64,000 nucleotides of DNA from Psammoneis japonica (lineage: Eukaryota), in NCBI GenBank assembly GCA_008632985.1, contig QPGO01000136.1:1-64000 (forward strand). The letters are read 5' to 3'. A program made the translations under genes and the position numbers. Below are positions 1 to 12,940 of this stretch, in pieces. Below the pieces are notes generated by a model that was not told where the DNA came from, did not search any database, and saw only the letters and a list, made by a program, of their open reading frames with translations. Each line of letters begins with the position of its first letter. Position 1 is the first letter of the stretch.

Positions 1-2009
1 TGCTCAGAACACCTCCTGGCACTTTGGAAGCAAGTGGCGCAAGCGCTCGGCACAGTTTTCGACTGATTTTGATGTTGGTTGCAAGTTGACAAAAATGGAG
101 TCCGTGTGGTTGATTGGAAATCGGCGTTCACGTCTGATGGCAACAAGAGATCAACTGATGTCTGTGCCCACTGCTGGGGCAGAGTTCCATGCACATGCTG
201 AAAGCTGGGTGCCTTCCACAGCTGTGTGGACTGAGTCACGCTCATTGCAGAAAATGCACAAAGCTTTGTTGAGGAATGAATGGCATTGCTCTGTGAGGAT
301 CGGATCGTGATTTCCTCTGGATGCTTGATGCAGATTGAGTTGAAGGAGGTTGATGGCTTGGATGAACACTCCACAAAATTTTGAATCTTTGTCGATTGCT
401 GTCTTGTGACATGGGCCATGGTTGAGTGGTGCTTTCATGATGGCTTTGCTGAATGACTCCGCATTGACTTCACTGCAGATTTCTTCTGATGCTGCAAAAG
501 TGCTCATGCCATCGACAACATGCACGCAGCATCTCTCCCCTTGGAAGCCTTGTTGATGTCCGACCATGTGTGCATCTGCATGAGTTAATTTGAGCAGCTC
601 GTTGATGGGAAAAGAGCACACTGGTTCTGATTTCTGTTGACATCGAGTGTTGGCCAGGGTCCAACCTGGGCACTTGTTGATGATGAGGTCAGCAATGTGC
701 TTGCACATGGTCAGCCAAAAGAATCTCAATCAGATCCTGTGAAAGGTGTGGCAGATGCTGAAGTGGCTTCCAATGGGATTGGCATGAAATGCAACGAACA
801 TGATGTTGTGAAGGGATGATGGTGCGATTCGGAGTTTTGTGAAATTGCTGACTGAGTGGACGGATTTACAGATGACGAGCATTTTGCCTTCGACAGTGAT
901 GTTGCCTGCTGCTTGCATTGGCTGACAACAGCAGCAATGGATCTTTTGTAACTCATCCTTGTTGATCAAGGCCGGGTTGTTGATCATTTGGACCATCAGG
1001 TTTATCTCTGGGTTGCAAGAGCACTCCTGGATCCAGGTGTCTCTGCCAGGCAGTCGCGTCATTGTTGAACCATTGAGAAAGGCTTGCGCAGTGGCTGCAG
1101 GAGCGGTTCCCTGTGATGTGTCGATGAGTTCCGTGGATGACAGCCGGGTGTTGGTTGACTTGTCATGGACAGCTTGCAGCATGGCATGGCTTGTCTTGCC
1201 TGGAATTCCATTGGTCAGTGGGTCAAGCTGTCAAGGATTGGTGCACATTTTATGAGTGATGTTCCTTTCAAGCCCCCAACAGGAGATGGACTCGTGTGCT
1301 GAGATGCAACGGATGGAGTCTTGGATTCCTCATCTTGAAAGAATGTTCCAGAGGCTTGATCAAATGGGTTGGAGTTGTGCTGACCGATTGGTGGGGCGGG
1401 ATGATCCACGTCGTAGATGGCTGTGCCACATGGATTTGATGGTGTCAGTCCTTTTTTGACCAAGCAACTGATGACTGGGGCGTCCAACTGCTTGGGTGGC
1501 TGATTGGGCTCCACCTTGTTGAACACACATCTGTCTTCCTCAACCTCTTTGGTTGCAAGGGCTGAGGTGAGCACGCGGCTCAAGGAAGTGGTCAATCCCG
1601 CCCACTTGTGACTCAGTGCTTTCCCACGGTGAAAATTGCGCAGGAATCCAACGATGACAAAAACGGTCAGATGACTTCCGATGACAACAACATCAACTGC
1701 ATGTAACTTTCATTCTTTGCTTGTCAATGAATGTGTTGGCAACTTGAAGTGTTGCGTGCAATTGCTTCCCTGAACTGTGGTGGCAGCTCCTGAACCATTT
1801 GAATTGTTCTGCTCAAAGATGCTTGCGTGTCGCCAAGCCAAGACAGTGTCACTTCAATGCTTGGGCGGGATGCATCCTCATGCCATGACCATCATGTCAG
1901 CTCGATCGTGGTGTCCCTTGGCTCCCTCAAGCGACTCGATTCTGATCCAGATTATGAACGCAAAGCTGCACATGACTGCCACATTTGGATCCATCTCTGC
2001 TCTCTAACA
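1..2009 (-). mobile_element. Degenerate Ty3/Gypsy-like LTR retrotransposon remnant (integrase region), running off the window start
   Basis: Minus-strand fragments resemble the integrase H2C2 zinc-binding region (FVAFHANPIGSHFSICHTFHRI*MRFFWLTMCKHIADLIINKCPGW) and the integrase core (HVVDGMSTFA...IDKDSKFCGVF...AWNSAPAVGTDIS). It is broken by stops and frameshifts and strongly depleted of TpA and CpG. Confidence 0.7.
1607..2009 (-). repeat. Putative 5' LTR of the Gypsy-like remnant
   Basis: The minus strand starts TGTTAGAGAG at 2009 and reaches GAGTCACA at 1607, followed by AGTGGGCGGG (PBS-like). TpA depletion ends at about 2009. The second LTR is not in the window, so this is unconfirmed. 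Confidence 0.35.
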
Positions 2010-2459
2010 TGTGCTGCAGAGCCACCAGAGAGGTAGAGGCCCTACAGTAGATGCTGCATCTCCTGCCTCCGGTCGTTCCACCTCTCTCTACTCTATTGTG
2101 CGTCCAGCAGACCTCCGAGCGATAACCATAGTCTACTCTCTCTCTAGCTACTAGGCCCTGCCGAGAGGCTAAAATAAAGACAATGCGTTGGCATGCATTG
2201 GATCGCAGATCTATCTGTCTGTTCTCGCTCGTCGGTTCTGAACATTAAAAACTCTTCGTCACCGATTACCTGAAATGAAATTTCAAAAAAGAGACCCGGA
2301 AGATCGCGTTTTTTGACGCGGATCTTTTGTGTCATCATTCATCATCGGCTGTCCGCTGATGATTGCCAATAAAATTGCGGGGACAACAACAAACTATCCT
2401 ACGACAACACTAGAGCTATTGAACCGAACCGTATCTCATTGCTAACTGCCTATCAGAAC

Positions 2460-3073
2460 ATGTGTATCTCTCAACTTTGATTCTCACCGCGTGCGCTGCA
2501 ACGACTTTTGCGTTTGTCGTCAAAGCACCAACGACGACCAGAAGTTTTTCTCTGCGCACCAGCCGCACAGCCATTCGTTACCAGCACAAGCACTTGTCGG
2601 AAGTCGATGAAATGTGTGTCGAGAATGCTGCAGCGTACTGCCTCGAAAACGACCTATCCGTAGACTGTGACTTGGAGGAGCACGATGCCTTGGTGCGCAC
2701 ACTTGAGGATCAGCGCGAATACCATCGAGAAGAGGTGCAAACCATCAATTCGCTCTTGTTCAAGCTTGGCCAGCGAGAATCAGAAGATGTCAATCACATT
2801 AAGCGAGGTTCCATTAGCCATCCCATTCGTCATCATCATTTGGATGAAATTGACGAAATGTGCATTGAAAATGCGGCTCGCTATTGCTTGGAGGCCGACG
2901 CCGCTGCTTCTACGGAATGCGATTTGACCGAGATTGAGGCTTTGATCACGACCCTTCAAGAGCAGGATGAATTCCACCTAGAACAGTTGGAGACTATCAA
3001 TGATCTGCTTGGGAAGCTTGAAGCACCTCCTGGATACCTTGGCCCTTATGATTACTCTTCCGTAGAGGCTTAA
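2460..3073 (+). CDS. Small acidic, probably plastid-targeted protein with two internal DEMCxENAAxYCL...CDL repeats
   Basis: ORF 2462-3073. Signal peptide ending TTFA|FVV, then an R/S/T-rich transit-like segment and two ~65-aa repeats with three Cys each. The ATG at 2460 is out of frame by 2 nt (ATGTGTATC, probably an extra TG). Confidence 0.7.
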
Positions 3074-3084
3074 GATTGAAGATA

Positions 3085-3283
3085 CTTACCGCGTTGCCCA
3101 ATTATTGTAGCTACCATCACCTAGATTGGATGAGCTATAAGCTACAGAAAAAGAAACCTAGAGAGTGCGAACTGCTATACTACCTGTACTGCTTACCGCG
3201 TTGCCCAATTATTGTAGCTACCGTCGCCTAGATCGGATGGGTTCTACTCTAGAAGCTACAGAAAAAAGAAATCTAGAGTAGAA
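3085..3283 (+). repeat. Imperfect direct duplication (~85-90 bp units, offset 107) in a 3' intergenic region
   Basis: CTTACCGCGTTGCCCAATTATTGTAGCTACC...AAGCTACAGAAAAA begins at 3085 and again at 3192. Confidence 0.85.
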
Positions 3284-3477
3284 CGCGGGTATAGAACGTG
3301 CGATCTGCTTCGCACTTTTGGTTTCTCCGGAGTCTGAAGTGTGATGAGGTATCGGTTGACCCGGGATGGCTCACACTGTTGGTCCGGCAAGCCCTCTCTC
3401 GTTTGTCTATTGAATCAGGGCCTATCAAAATATTACTCCTAGAGACTATTTTAAAACAGTGGTCAATTTCCACCCTC

Positions 3478-5901
3478 CTAACCTTTTCTAACTTTCTCCA
3501 AGCCACACAACAAGTACTTTTTACGCAAATCTCGACTTGATTTTGATTTCAAGTCCTTTTTAGCAACAGCATCCCACTCCCAATAAGGTACCGATAGTAC
3601 GCGATACTTCTCTAGTTTCACCAGCTGGCGACGTTTTATTATCGTAGACCCAGTTGGTGATCGATCAGAAAGAAAGTGGCTTGGTCCGTCCACTTCAATG
3701 GCAACGTCTCGGTTGTGACATCGAACTACTGCATCCAAGCTGTAGCCTATATCCGTTCGGAATTCTTCCCTTGCGTTGAGTCCAAGGTCCGAAAGCGTCT
3801 TGACAACATCCTTCTGCAGCTTGGATGGATTGCCTTGTTTTTCAACAAAAGCCTCTCGACATCTCTGTTGTAAGTCGTAATCAAGCTGCAGCGAACTTCC
3901 ATGCTCAAGACACCAAAGGCGCACTTGATGGAGTTGCCTTAAAGCCTCTACAGATAAAAAGGCAGCATTTGAGCTGAAGGCCTTTATAAAGGGCGATGCA
4001 TCTCCCATTAAAATGTCACTGCATTGGTCACAAACCGCGCATGCCCACATCAAGTTTGCAAGGCCTTGCGGGGTGAAACTGCCCAATTTTGACACAGCTA
4101 CTCCAGCTGTGGCATGAAAAAGCGACGGGCCGAGTGTCCGACTGTGGCACAGGCCCATGCCGTGTTTGCTATATCTTGAGGGTTGAAACTGTTTAAGCTT
4201 GACATTGCTTCTCCAGCTATGGCATCAAAAAGCGACGGCGCAGATTGTCCGACGGCAGCATAGGCCCATGCTGTGTTTGCCAGGGATTGAGGGGTGAAAC
4301 TGTCCAATCTTGATATTGCTTCATCAGCAATAGCATCAAAAAGCGACGGGGCCGAGTGCCCGATGGTAGCATAGGCCCAAGCCGTGTTTGCTAGGCTTTG
4401 GGGGTAAAATTGTCCCATCTTGGTATTGCTTCTTCAGCAATAGCATCAAAAAGTGACGGCGCAGATTGTCCGACGGTAGCATAGGCCCATGCTGTGTTTG
4501 CCAGGGATTGAGGGTGAAACTGTCCAATCTTGATATTGCTTCTTCAGCAATAGCATCAAAAAGCGACGGGGCCGAGTGCCCGATGGTAGCATAGGCCCAA
4601 GCCGTGTTTGCTAGGCTTTGGGGGGTAAAATTGTCCAATCTTGGTATTGCTTCTTCAGCAATAGCATCAAAAAGCGACAGGACCGAGTGCCCGATGGTAG
4701 CATAGGCCCAAGCCGTGTTTGCTAAGTTTTGGGGAGTGAAACTGTCCAATCTTGGTATTGCTTCTTCAGCAATAGCATCAAAAAGCGACGGGGCCGAGTG
4801 CCCGATGGTAGCATAGGCCCATGCCGTGTTTGCTAAGTTTTGGGGAGTGAAACTGTCCAATCTTGGTATTGCTTCTTCAGCAATAGCATCAAAGAGCGAC
4901 GGCGCCGAGTGTCCAACTGTGGCATAGGCCCATGCCGTGTTTGCTATTTCTTGCGGGTTGAAACTGCCCAATCTTGGTATTGCTTCTTCAGCAATAGCAT
5001 CAAAAAGCGGCGGCGCCGTGTGTCCAACAGTGGCAAAGGCCCATGCCGTGTTTGCTATCGCTTGAGGGTTGAAACTGCCCAATCTTGGTATTGCTTCTTC
5101 AGCAATAGCATCAAAAAGCGGCGGCGCCGTGTGTCCAACAGTGGCAAAGGCCCATGCCATGTTTGCTATAGCTTGAGGGTTGAAATTGCTGATTTGTGTA
5201 ACAGAGACATGAGCAACCTTGTCAAATAGTGTCGTCGACGTATGCCGAAACGTAGCAAATGCCCAGGCAATGTTGGAAATGTGTCTTGGAGACATGTCAC
5301 CCAAAACAGAGAGCGTTCTCTCCTCCAAACTGTTCCATCCATCTCGGTCAATCGTGTACCTGCATGCTTTCGACATTTTGGAGATGCTGTGAATAGTCAT
5401 CGCAAGCGATTTGGTATCAAAACCTCTGATGTTCTGAACGGAATGTTCGATCAGGCGTCGCAGCTGCTGCTCGTTCTCTCGAATACTTTTTCGCTCTTGC
5501 CTGTTGCTCAATGTAATAGTGCAAATTTGGTTCCAGCATATTGAAATATCTCTTGGGCTCATTTTTGCTCCGTGAGCCTCGCGAACGTCCAGCACTTGTG
5601 AAACCCTGTCGAGATTTCTTAAATTTGGTAGCCTCCATTGATTTCGCTTTTTCTTCTGTTGTTTCAGCGGGAAGTAGAACGAGTCACCAGCAGAGCTCCC
5701 GGTCCGGTAATGTCGTTCAGTCGAAACAAGGTGCCGTGTTCTGTGGCTTGATGGCAGTTGTCGAGTTGCAGTAACGCTGCACGAATTTGGCAGCGAGACC
5801 AGGTGGATGGGATGGGCGAGAACAACTCCCACTTTTGTCGCGGCCCTTTGGCGAAACCCACAGCTAGTGTACACTGTGGAAGCTCTCGAGGATAGCATCA
5901 T
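3478..5901 (-). CDS. HPR/OPR-repeat RAP-domain RNA-binding protein, copy 1 (12 repeats; three 1-bp frameshifts in G runs)
   Basis: ORFs 4336-5925, 4098-4418 and 3478-4158 join into 37-aa repeats (FxPQxxANTAWAYATxGHSAPxLFDAIAEEAIPRLDx; 111-nt period) plus a RAP domain (GYSLDAVV...VAIEVDGPSHF...SVPYWEW). The N-terminus is R/S-rich, like a transit peptide. Confidence 0.88.
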
Positions 5902-6199
5902 TGGTGATGGCTCTCTCTCAAGCAACTCTCATTGCCAAGAGGCCAAGATCAAAGTCTCGCTCGCTATTGCGAGACCTGAGATCTTCGCAATGCCGGTACA
6001 ATCTGGAAAAAAAAAAAAAACAAAAAATTGGGTGTCGGTGTCGCCATGCGATGGCGCCACATGCAAGCAAGGAAAATCGCAGTGGCGGTCTGTCTGTACG
6101 ATAATTTCTACGCATATTTTGTACTTTCGTCCGTCCATACCACCTTCCGTCTGCGCCGACCAACCCGACTCCACGCCCATTTCAAACAATGTGGCTTCC

Positions 6200-7960
6200 A
6201 TCAGCACGGGCGCAGCAACGGTTGCACAAGCTTTGAAACAGAAGATTGATGGCAGGAAAGAAAGCGACATCTTTTTGAAAGATTTTTATGTTCCTTCAGG
6301 TGAGCTGCACTTTGCTGCCAAGTAAAATGAAGCCAGGGATGTTTGGTGAGTGAAAAGAAAAGAACTTGTTGACCAGATGAGAGAGCCAACACTCCCTCCT
6401 TGTCATGGTGTGCAGCACAAGAAAAAGCCATCAGCGGTTCTGTCTCATCACTGTGATTTCTCAATATAAAAGTCTCTGTTTACAGTGTGATGAAGGAGCA
6501 GAGAAGCATCAGGCCACTGTGCCCACACCAGACGGAGCTCTCACACCAGCTGGGATGACTTTGAGCAGATGCTCGCCGAGCCCTTTGGTGGAGCCACAGG
6601 TGGTCATGTGCATGTTGCAGAAAATGTTCTAGATTTGCTCTCAAAATCTGTTTGCAACATTTGATGAGTGATGAGAACAATGAAAAAAAGCACTTTTTAC
6701 AAGTGCCATTTGTGAGAGCCTCTCCAAAATGGGGAGCTGACAAATGGAGCCCGTGACAAGGACACGACTCTCATTGGGAGGTGACAGTTGTGGTTGTTCC
6801 TGATGTGTTCTCTGTGCACCAATCCAAGGATCAAGAAGTTGGCAACACACCAGCATCAGCAGTGGAAGCAAAAGACAGCCACAATCTTGGTTGACTCTGA
6901 ACATGGTTGGGGATGTCCATTCAGATGATCAGAGCCATGTTGGTCACCCATTTGTGCAGAGCTCTTTGGCTGTGTGATTGACAAGAAAGTTGGTTGCGGG
7001 GTGCTGCACTCAGCAAGCAAGACTTTCTTTGTTTGTTTTGATGGGAAGGTTGTTGCCTGTCTGTGAAAGCAACCTGGCATGCATGGCACACGACGTGTGA
7101 GCAACGTCACCTCACAGCTTGGGCACTGTTCTTCTGAGCTGCTGAGTGAGATGCACATGGGACAAGAGGCAAAGAATTCTTGAAAGATTGGTGTGACCAC
7201 ACACCATTGCAGCATCCAAAGACCCAAACACAAAGCAGAGCAGCACATGTCCCAACTTGAGACAGTGGCAACGATGATGACCAGGGTGACAACACCGATG
7301 GCGGCAATGGAGATGAGAATGAAAACAACAGAGCTGAAAGCACTGGGTCCAACAGGTGACAAAGAACAACCGCCAGGGTCTTTGTTTGTCACAATGCATT
7401 CCTGGGAAATGCTTCAAGACACACAAAAAGGCGAGTGGGGCATCCAAAAGAGTCACATCGATTTGATGGCAATGAGCTTCAAGAGACAGCTTCACCAAAT
7501 CTTGAGAGAATGGAGACCCCAAAGTTGATCTTTGTTGCTTATTTTGAGTTTGAAAAGCAGGACTTTTTCCCTTGTGACCTTTGAGGATTTACGCGACAAA
7601 CGGCATTTAGCCACCGGTCGCAATGGTGACGTCTTTGTGGTGTGTGTCAAAGGCAAAAAGCACGCGGTGAAGAAGTTTGATTTGAGCAGAAATTACAAGT
7701 CCTGCGAGAGAGAGTGAGAGGTTCTCGCCTACAAAGTTCTCCGCGATGTTTGGGGCAAGTGTGTTCCCTCCCTCGAGTGCTTTAGTGCTCTGTCTCCGGC
7801 AAAGTTCGATTCTTGGTAATGACACTGGGTCGTGAACCAAAGAATGTTCTATTGCGTACATGTCGAACGTTGATGGGTAAATTGGAGGAAGAATACGGAT
7901 TCAGCCATCTCGACAATGACTGCAGGCGAAATTGTATTAAGTGAACGAAAGGATAAAATG
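6200..7960 (+). pseudogene. Degenerate protein-kinase-like pseudogene, TpA-depleted over about 6330-7580
   Basis: Kinase N-lobe-like text DLRDKRHLATGRNGDVFVVCVKGKKHAVKKFDLSRN...YKVLRDVWGKCVP with many stops. An inverted paralog lies at about 52089-53260. Boundaries are approximate. Confidence 0.55.
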
Positions 7961-8352
7961 TTAGTTGACTTTGAATCCTGGGAAGATACATCTGCTGTTG
8001 ACTACGCTTGAGATGGCCCCTCGTCATCTAGCTATGGGCTACGCCGATGCCGTGGACTTGCGGGAGCCTTTGTTTGCGATAAAGACAGTACAGTACAGTG
8101 CAGAATTCAGAGAGAAAGCGCGGATTTGTAAACTTTTTTTGCTTAAAATCATCGGTACGTGTACAAATCGATTGTCGCCGCTGTAAACAAGTGGTGCGGT
8201 AAGGGATACCTGAACATTTCGAAAAGCGTGTAAGATGTTTTTACGGAGGAAGCTTCATTCATCAAACGATCCCTGGTGCTATACCTTGTGTCCAGGTTTC
8301 AATGCGCAACCGATACAACATCGTTTCCTCTCCTGTACGGTCTCCTTTCTCC

Positions 8353-10339
8353 CTATCCTACGTGAACGCTCTTGTCTGGTGCACTCGTCTGTAAAACAGC
8401 GAGAATACCCTCATCGTACAGCGCTTGAGCAATCGCCATTTTGTCTTCAATATCATTATGCACCAAGTCCTGAACTTGGATCCAGCGTGGTTCTACCGTG
8501 GTCAAGAGCGCCTCGAGTGCTGGGGCGTCGACCATTTCAAACTCCATGGGACTTAGAGGATTACCTTGATAGACACGAGAGTTGTCCATGCAGTGATACA
8601 AAACAGCCTTGTCATCCTCCAAGGCCAATCGAGCAATCCCCGGGCGGACCAGCCGACACAGAGTGTTGGGCCAAATCTTGCCCCGGGAGAGTCTTCGTTT
8701 GTCATGGACGCCTCATTCGGAGTAAGAGCAGGAGGTAACCGATCGGATATAAACCGTTTTCCAATTTGGTCGCATCCGCCGTCAAGCATGGACATGGCCT
8801 AGGAAAGGATTCATAAGAAGCATTAGAGTACGACTATGAATAGGCAACGCCTACTACAGTAAACCAACTTTGTGTACCACTCACCTCCATGCAAACTCTC
8901 ATGATTCGTTTCTTGGCCTCTTCGCGAAACTCTTCCGCAGTGCATTCTTTCTCTCTTGCTCTGATATTGCCCTTGTTGTATCACCTTCTCTGCTGCATCC
9001 ATTTGATTATTTATTTCATCACTGCTGTTGTTGTGAATGATTCCCATGTAATTCAAAAAGTTTCGCGGTAACCCTTCCCGAAGACTGGTAGACGTTTCAC
9101 TTTGTGCGGCCGACTCGAGTGCCTCGGGTAGTAACAATTCCAACAAGTCCACCCACGCCCACGTTTGCATGGCACTCACTGTCAAGTGCAACGAATGCTC
9201 ATCAGCAGTGGTAGTACACGCTTGATGGATCCATCCCCGTGGCATGTAAAGCAAATCACCCGGTCCCAACGTGACGTCCAAAACGGGTTCGGCGGACTTT
9301 ATTTCGTCTTGTGTATAATCCCGTGAACTCGTTCGGGGCAATGTCTCGGCACGATTCAGCGGAGGATACACTTTCCATTGTTTGGATCCCTCGATTTGTA
9401 GGACAAAGGCTTCGATATCATCGTAATGAGGCGCAAATCCCTGAGACGACCGTGGCGGTGTCAAGTAGGCATTGGCACCGACCATGCAATTCCATTCCAA
9501 TTCCAATGTCGACAATAAGGAATGAATGGCATCAAAATGCAAATGCGGACACAACAATCGTATCGAACAACCATTGTCATTGTAATTGGACCACACGTCC
9601 TTGGCGTCGGCCGCGACAAACGTATCTTGGTTATTGGAAACAAGATCCAACGTGACGCGTTGTTGTTGTCCCGTCGTTTCGTCCACATTGTAGCGTGTCA
9701 CATTTAAATCACGGCCATAACAGAGAGTTTCCGTGTCGAGTAGCTTGCGAATACCCTCCAAACTCATGAGGGGTTGAAAACGGCGTTGCTTGTCACCTTG
9801 TACCAAATATGGCTTTTGTTCCCAATAATCCTTGTAAAATTCTTGTACGGAAATATTACCCAACATGGATTGCAGCAAACATCGTGCTCGCATGGTCGAT
9901 GTGAGTTCGTTTTGTACTAAATGCGTACGGCGTGCACGTCCAATCAGTATCCACGTCCTTTTCCTCAATTTCATCCTGCAGTAAAAGTTGAGCAAGAGAC
10001 AGTTTCGACACAATTTCTCAATCTCGGCTTGCTGATGATCGTCATTGTCCTCTGTTGTTGTGCTGCTGCTGCTGCTGTGGCAACCTCATCATCTGTTGCT
10101 GCCTCCTCTTTTTCAGAAGGATTCGTTTCTTCTTTTCTCTTGACAGTAGCATCGCTTGATTCATGCTTCTTTTTTTGTTTCTTCTTCTCGGTCGGCCGCA
10201 CGTCCTGCTCCTCTACAATCACTTTATCGTTTGTTTCTTTTTCTTTTCGTTTCTGCTGTTTTTGTCGTTTCTTGGCACGCTTCTTGGCTGCTCGAGACAT
10301 GCCACTGCTATTAACCGTTTCTTGCTTATTACTCTTCAT
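8353..10339 (-). CDS. RIOX1: JmjC ribosomal oxygenase NO66/RIOX1-like; intron 8799-8884, apparent frameshifts near 10040, 8975 and 8680
   Basis: Motifs FYKDYWEQKP, GCSIRLLCP, GANAYLTPPRSSQGFAPHYDDIEAFVLQIEGSKQW, LGPGDLLYMPRGWIHQA and SLHLTVS. Lys-rich N-terminus and a GT-AG intron. Confidence 0.9.
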
Positions 10340-10700
10340 GGTGTTCGTTTTGTTACTACAATGGGAAGGCGTCTACTGCATCTATCATCTATCAAATCGC
10401 AAATCGCCAAAAATCAAAAAATGAGTGGACCTCAGCATCATTGAAAAGTATTCGTCTGAATATATTTGGATTGAATTTTCAAAAAGACATGCGTCGGAGG
10501 GAATTCCCGTAGCCACTCGTACGAATTCTACACAAAGATCCAACCACGTGTAAACAGCACGACAAAAACACACATATCCATACCGTACACACAGTCATCG
10601 CCGCATTNCACTTCCTCTCCACACACACACACGCATATCCCGTTATACCATTGCGGCTCATCACTTCACTCGTCTTTCAACACAACAACAACAAACAACC

Positions 10701-12822
10701 ATGGCTACGGTCGACGCTTCCAATTCGTGTATTCCTCCATCCCATCCCTTGGTGGCATCGGTACCACCTCTACCACTGGCAACCCGTGGTGAACCCCTCG
10801 TGTTGCACGGCAAACCGGGACGCATCAATTCCGAGCAATCGTTATTGCTTTATACAAGTGGCAAACTCGTGGTGGTTCGTGATTTAACTACTACAACACT
10901 TCCGTTGGTCTATCGAGGACACCAGGCTCCCGTGACGGTTGCCAAATTCAGTCCGTCCGGTGCATACATTGCTTCGGGTGACGCACGTGGCAAGTTGCGT
11001 GTCTGGTCGTACGATACCGACGAGCATTTGCCCAAACTCAATCTCCAAATCTTGGCGGGACCGATTGCGGATATCGATTGGGACCTTTGAATCCAAACGA
11101 ATTGTTGTCGTGGGACAAGCTCAAGGTGAATGTGCTCGTGTCATTCAATGGGATACGGGCGTATCATGTGGAACGTTGGGTCAATACAGTCGTGGACGTG
11201 CGTCCACGTGTGCGTTGAAACCCAATCGACCCATGCGTATCGTGACGGGTAGTGGTATGGATGATGCGACACTCCATCTCAATAGTGGTCCACCCTTTCA
11301 ACGAGTCTTATTGGACGAACAGTCGTCATCGGAACAACAAGCACAAGCACCACACACCAAGGCCATTAATTGTGTCCGATACAATCCGGATGGTACCATG
11401 GTGGCATCGGTATCCAGTGACAAGTCCGTTTGTTTGTTGGATGGCAAGACACTCGTGTTGCAAACCAAATTGCAACACGTTCATCATGCCAACATTTATG
11501 CCTGTGATTGGAGCTCATGTGGAAAGTATCTAATCACGTGTTCGGCCGATGGGACGGTCAAGATTTTGAGTGTATCTACCGAACAACTATGTGTTGTTCA
11601 TACCTATGAAAACATGTATTCTACAACCGATTCTTTCAAGGTACCCTTGGGTGGAATGCAAATGGGATGTGCCTTTTGCAAGGACAATGTACCTGTATCG
11701 GTAGCACTCAATGGTCAAATTACAATTTGGCCCAAACCAGCGTGTCTTCTCATGGGGTGGCGATGATTCTAGTGATCCAATTGTTACGCTAACGGGTCAC
11801 ACGGCACCCATTGCCGGATTTGCCATTTCTCAATCAAACTACATGATGTATACGGGTGATACAGACGGTGTCTTGGTCAAGTGGAATGTGGCAGATTGTC
11901 GTGCCATTTCGAGATTTGAGTTTCCACAAAACGACGACGACGCCTTTTACAAGATTCACATGGGTGCCGTTTCGGCCATGACGGTTGTGGGGGATACCGT
12001 ATTGAGTGTTGGATGGGATGATGTAGTGAGGGTATCCACATTGGATGGGACAGTGTTGCCAGAAAAAACCTTGCAATTGGAATCACAGCCCAATGCAATA
12101 GTTACGGGTACCAATCTTGTTGTGGTTTGTACCGTGGGTGGACTGCTGCTCATAAAAGGTAATGTGCGCAAATGTCTGTTACTGTGTAAGCGCGTTTACG
12201 AATATTCGAGAGTCTCACTCAATTCCATTTTACGCTTTTCTCTTTTTTTTCCTAGACGGCGCCATGGCATCCGATAATGATCCCATTGGATTATGCCGCA
12301 TTGTCGGTTTGCTTATCGTCCGACGATACCACCCTCTATGTGGGTGGTGACGATTGCAAAATTCACGTTTACTCCGTGGTGGAATCCTATAGTAAATTGG
12401 AACAAGTCTTGGAGGAGGGTGGTCATTTAAAACCCATTCATGCCTTGGCCTTGTCACCCGATGGATCGAAATTGGCATCGGCCGATGTTCGAGATGTTTG
12501 TGTCTTTGACACTACCGGTGGCTTGTTGACTCCCATTGTTTCGAAATCCCGTTGGTGTTTTCATACACAACGTGTCACGTGTCTATCGTGGTACAATCAA
12601 GAACTCTTGGCCAGTGGTGGAGCGGACGATTCTATTTATCTATGGAATTTGGCAAGAAAGACCAAGCGCATTCATTATGCTTTTTCACATCGGGGTGGAG
12701 TGACGGGGTTGGAATTTTTGACTACTAGCGACGATGATAGTATCAAGCTTGTTTCGGTGGGTGTTGATGCCTGTGTGAATCAGTGGGATGTTACCAAGGA
12801 TGTTGCCGAGAAATTTGGGTGA
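10701..12822 (+). CDS. WDR1: WD40-repeat actin-interacting protein 1 (AIP1/WDR1); intron 12159-12255, frameshifts near 11085, 11755 and 12275
   Basis: Motifs PLATRGEP, YRGHQAPVTVAKFSPSGAYIASGDARGKLRVW, GPIADIDW..ESKRIVVVG, ALKPNRPMRIVTGS and WCFHTQRVTCLSW match the AIP1 family. Confidence 0.9.
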
Positions 12823-12940
12823 GGAAAAAAAAGTAAGGGAGCCTCCTCAATGCAGGGAATGCAATACTAGTAGTAATGGGCGTATTTGCGTCATTTGATT
12901 TCTTAGAAGTAAATCTAGTCTGAACTTGTTCTTATTGCCA

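Noticed and set aside
4100..5200. 111-bp periodic repeats as a CRISPR array or satellite
   Set aside because: They are in-frame coding repeats with no unique spacers and no cas genes, in a eukaryotic context.
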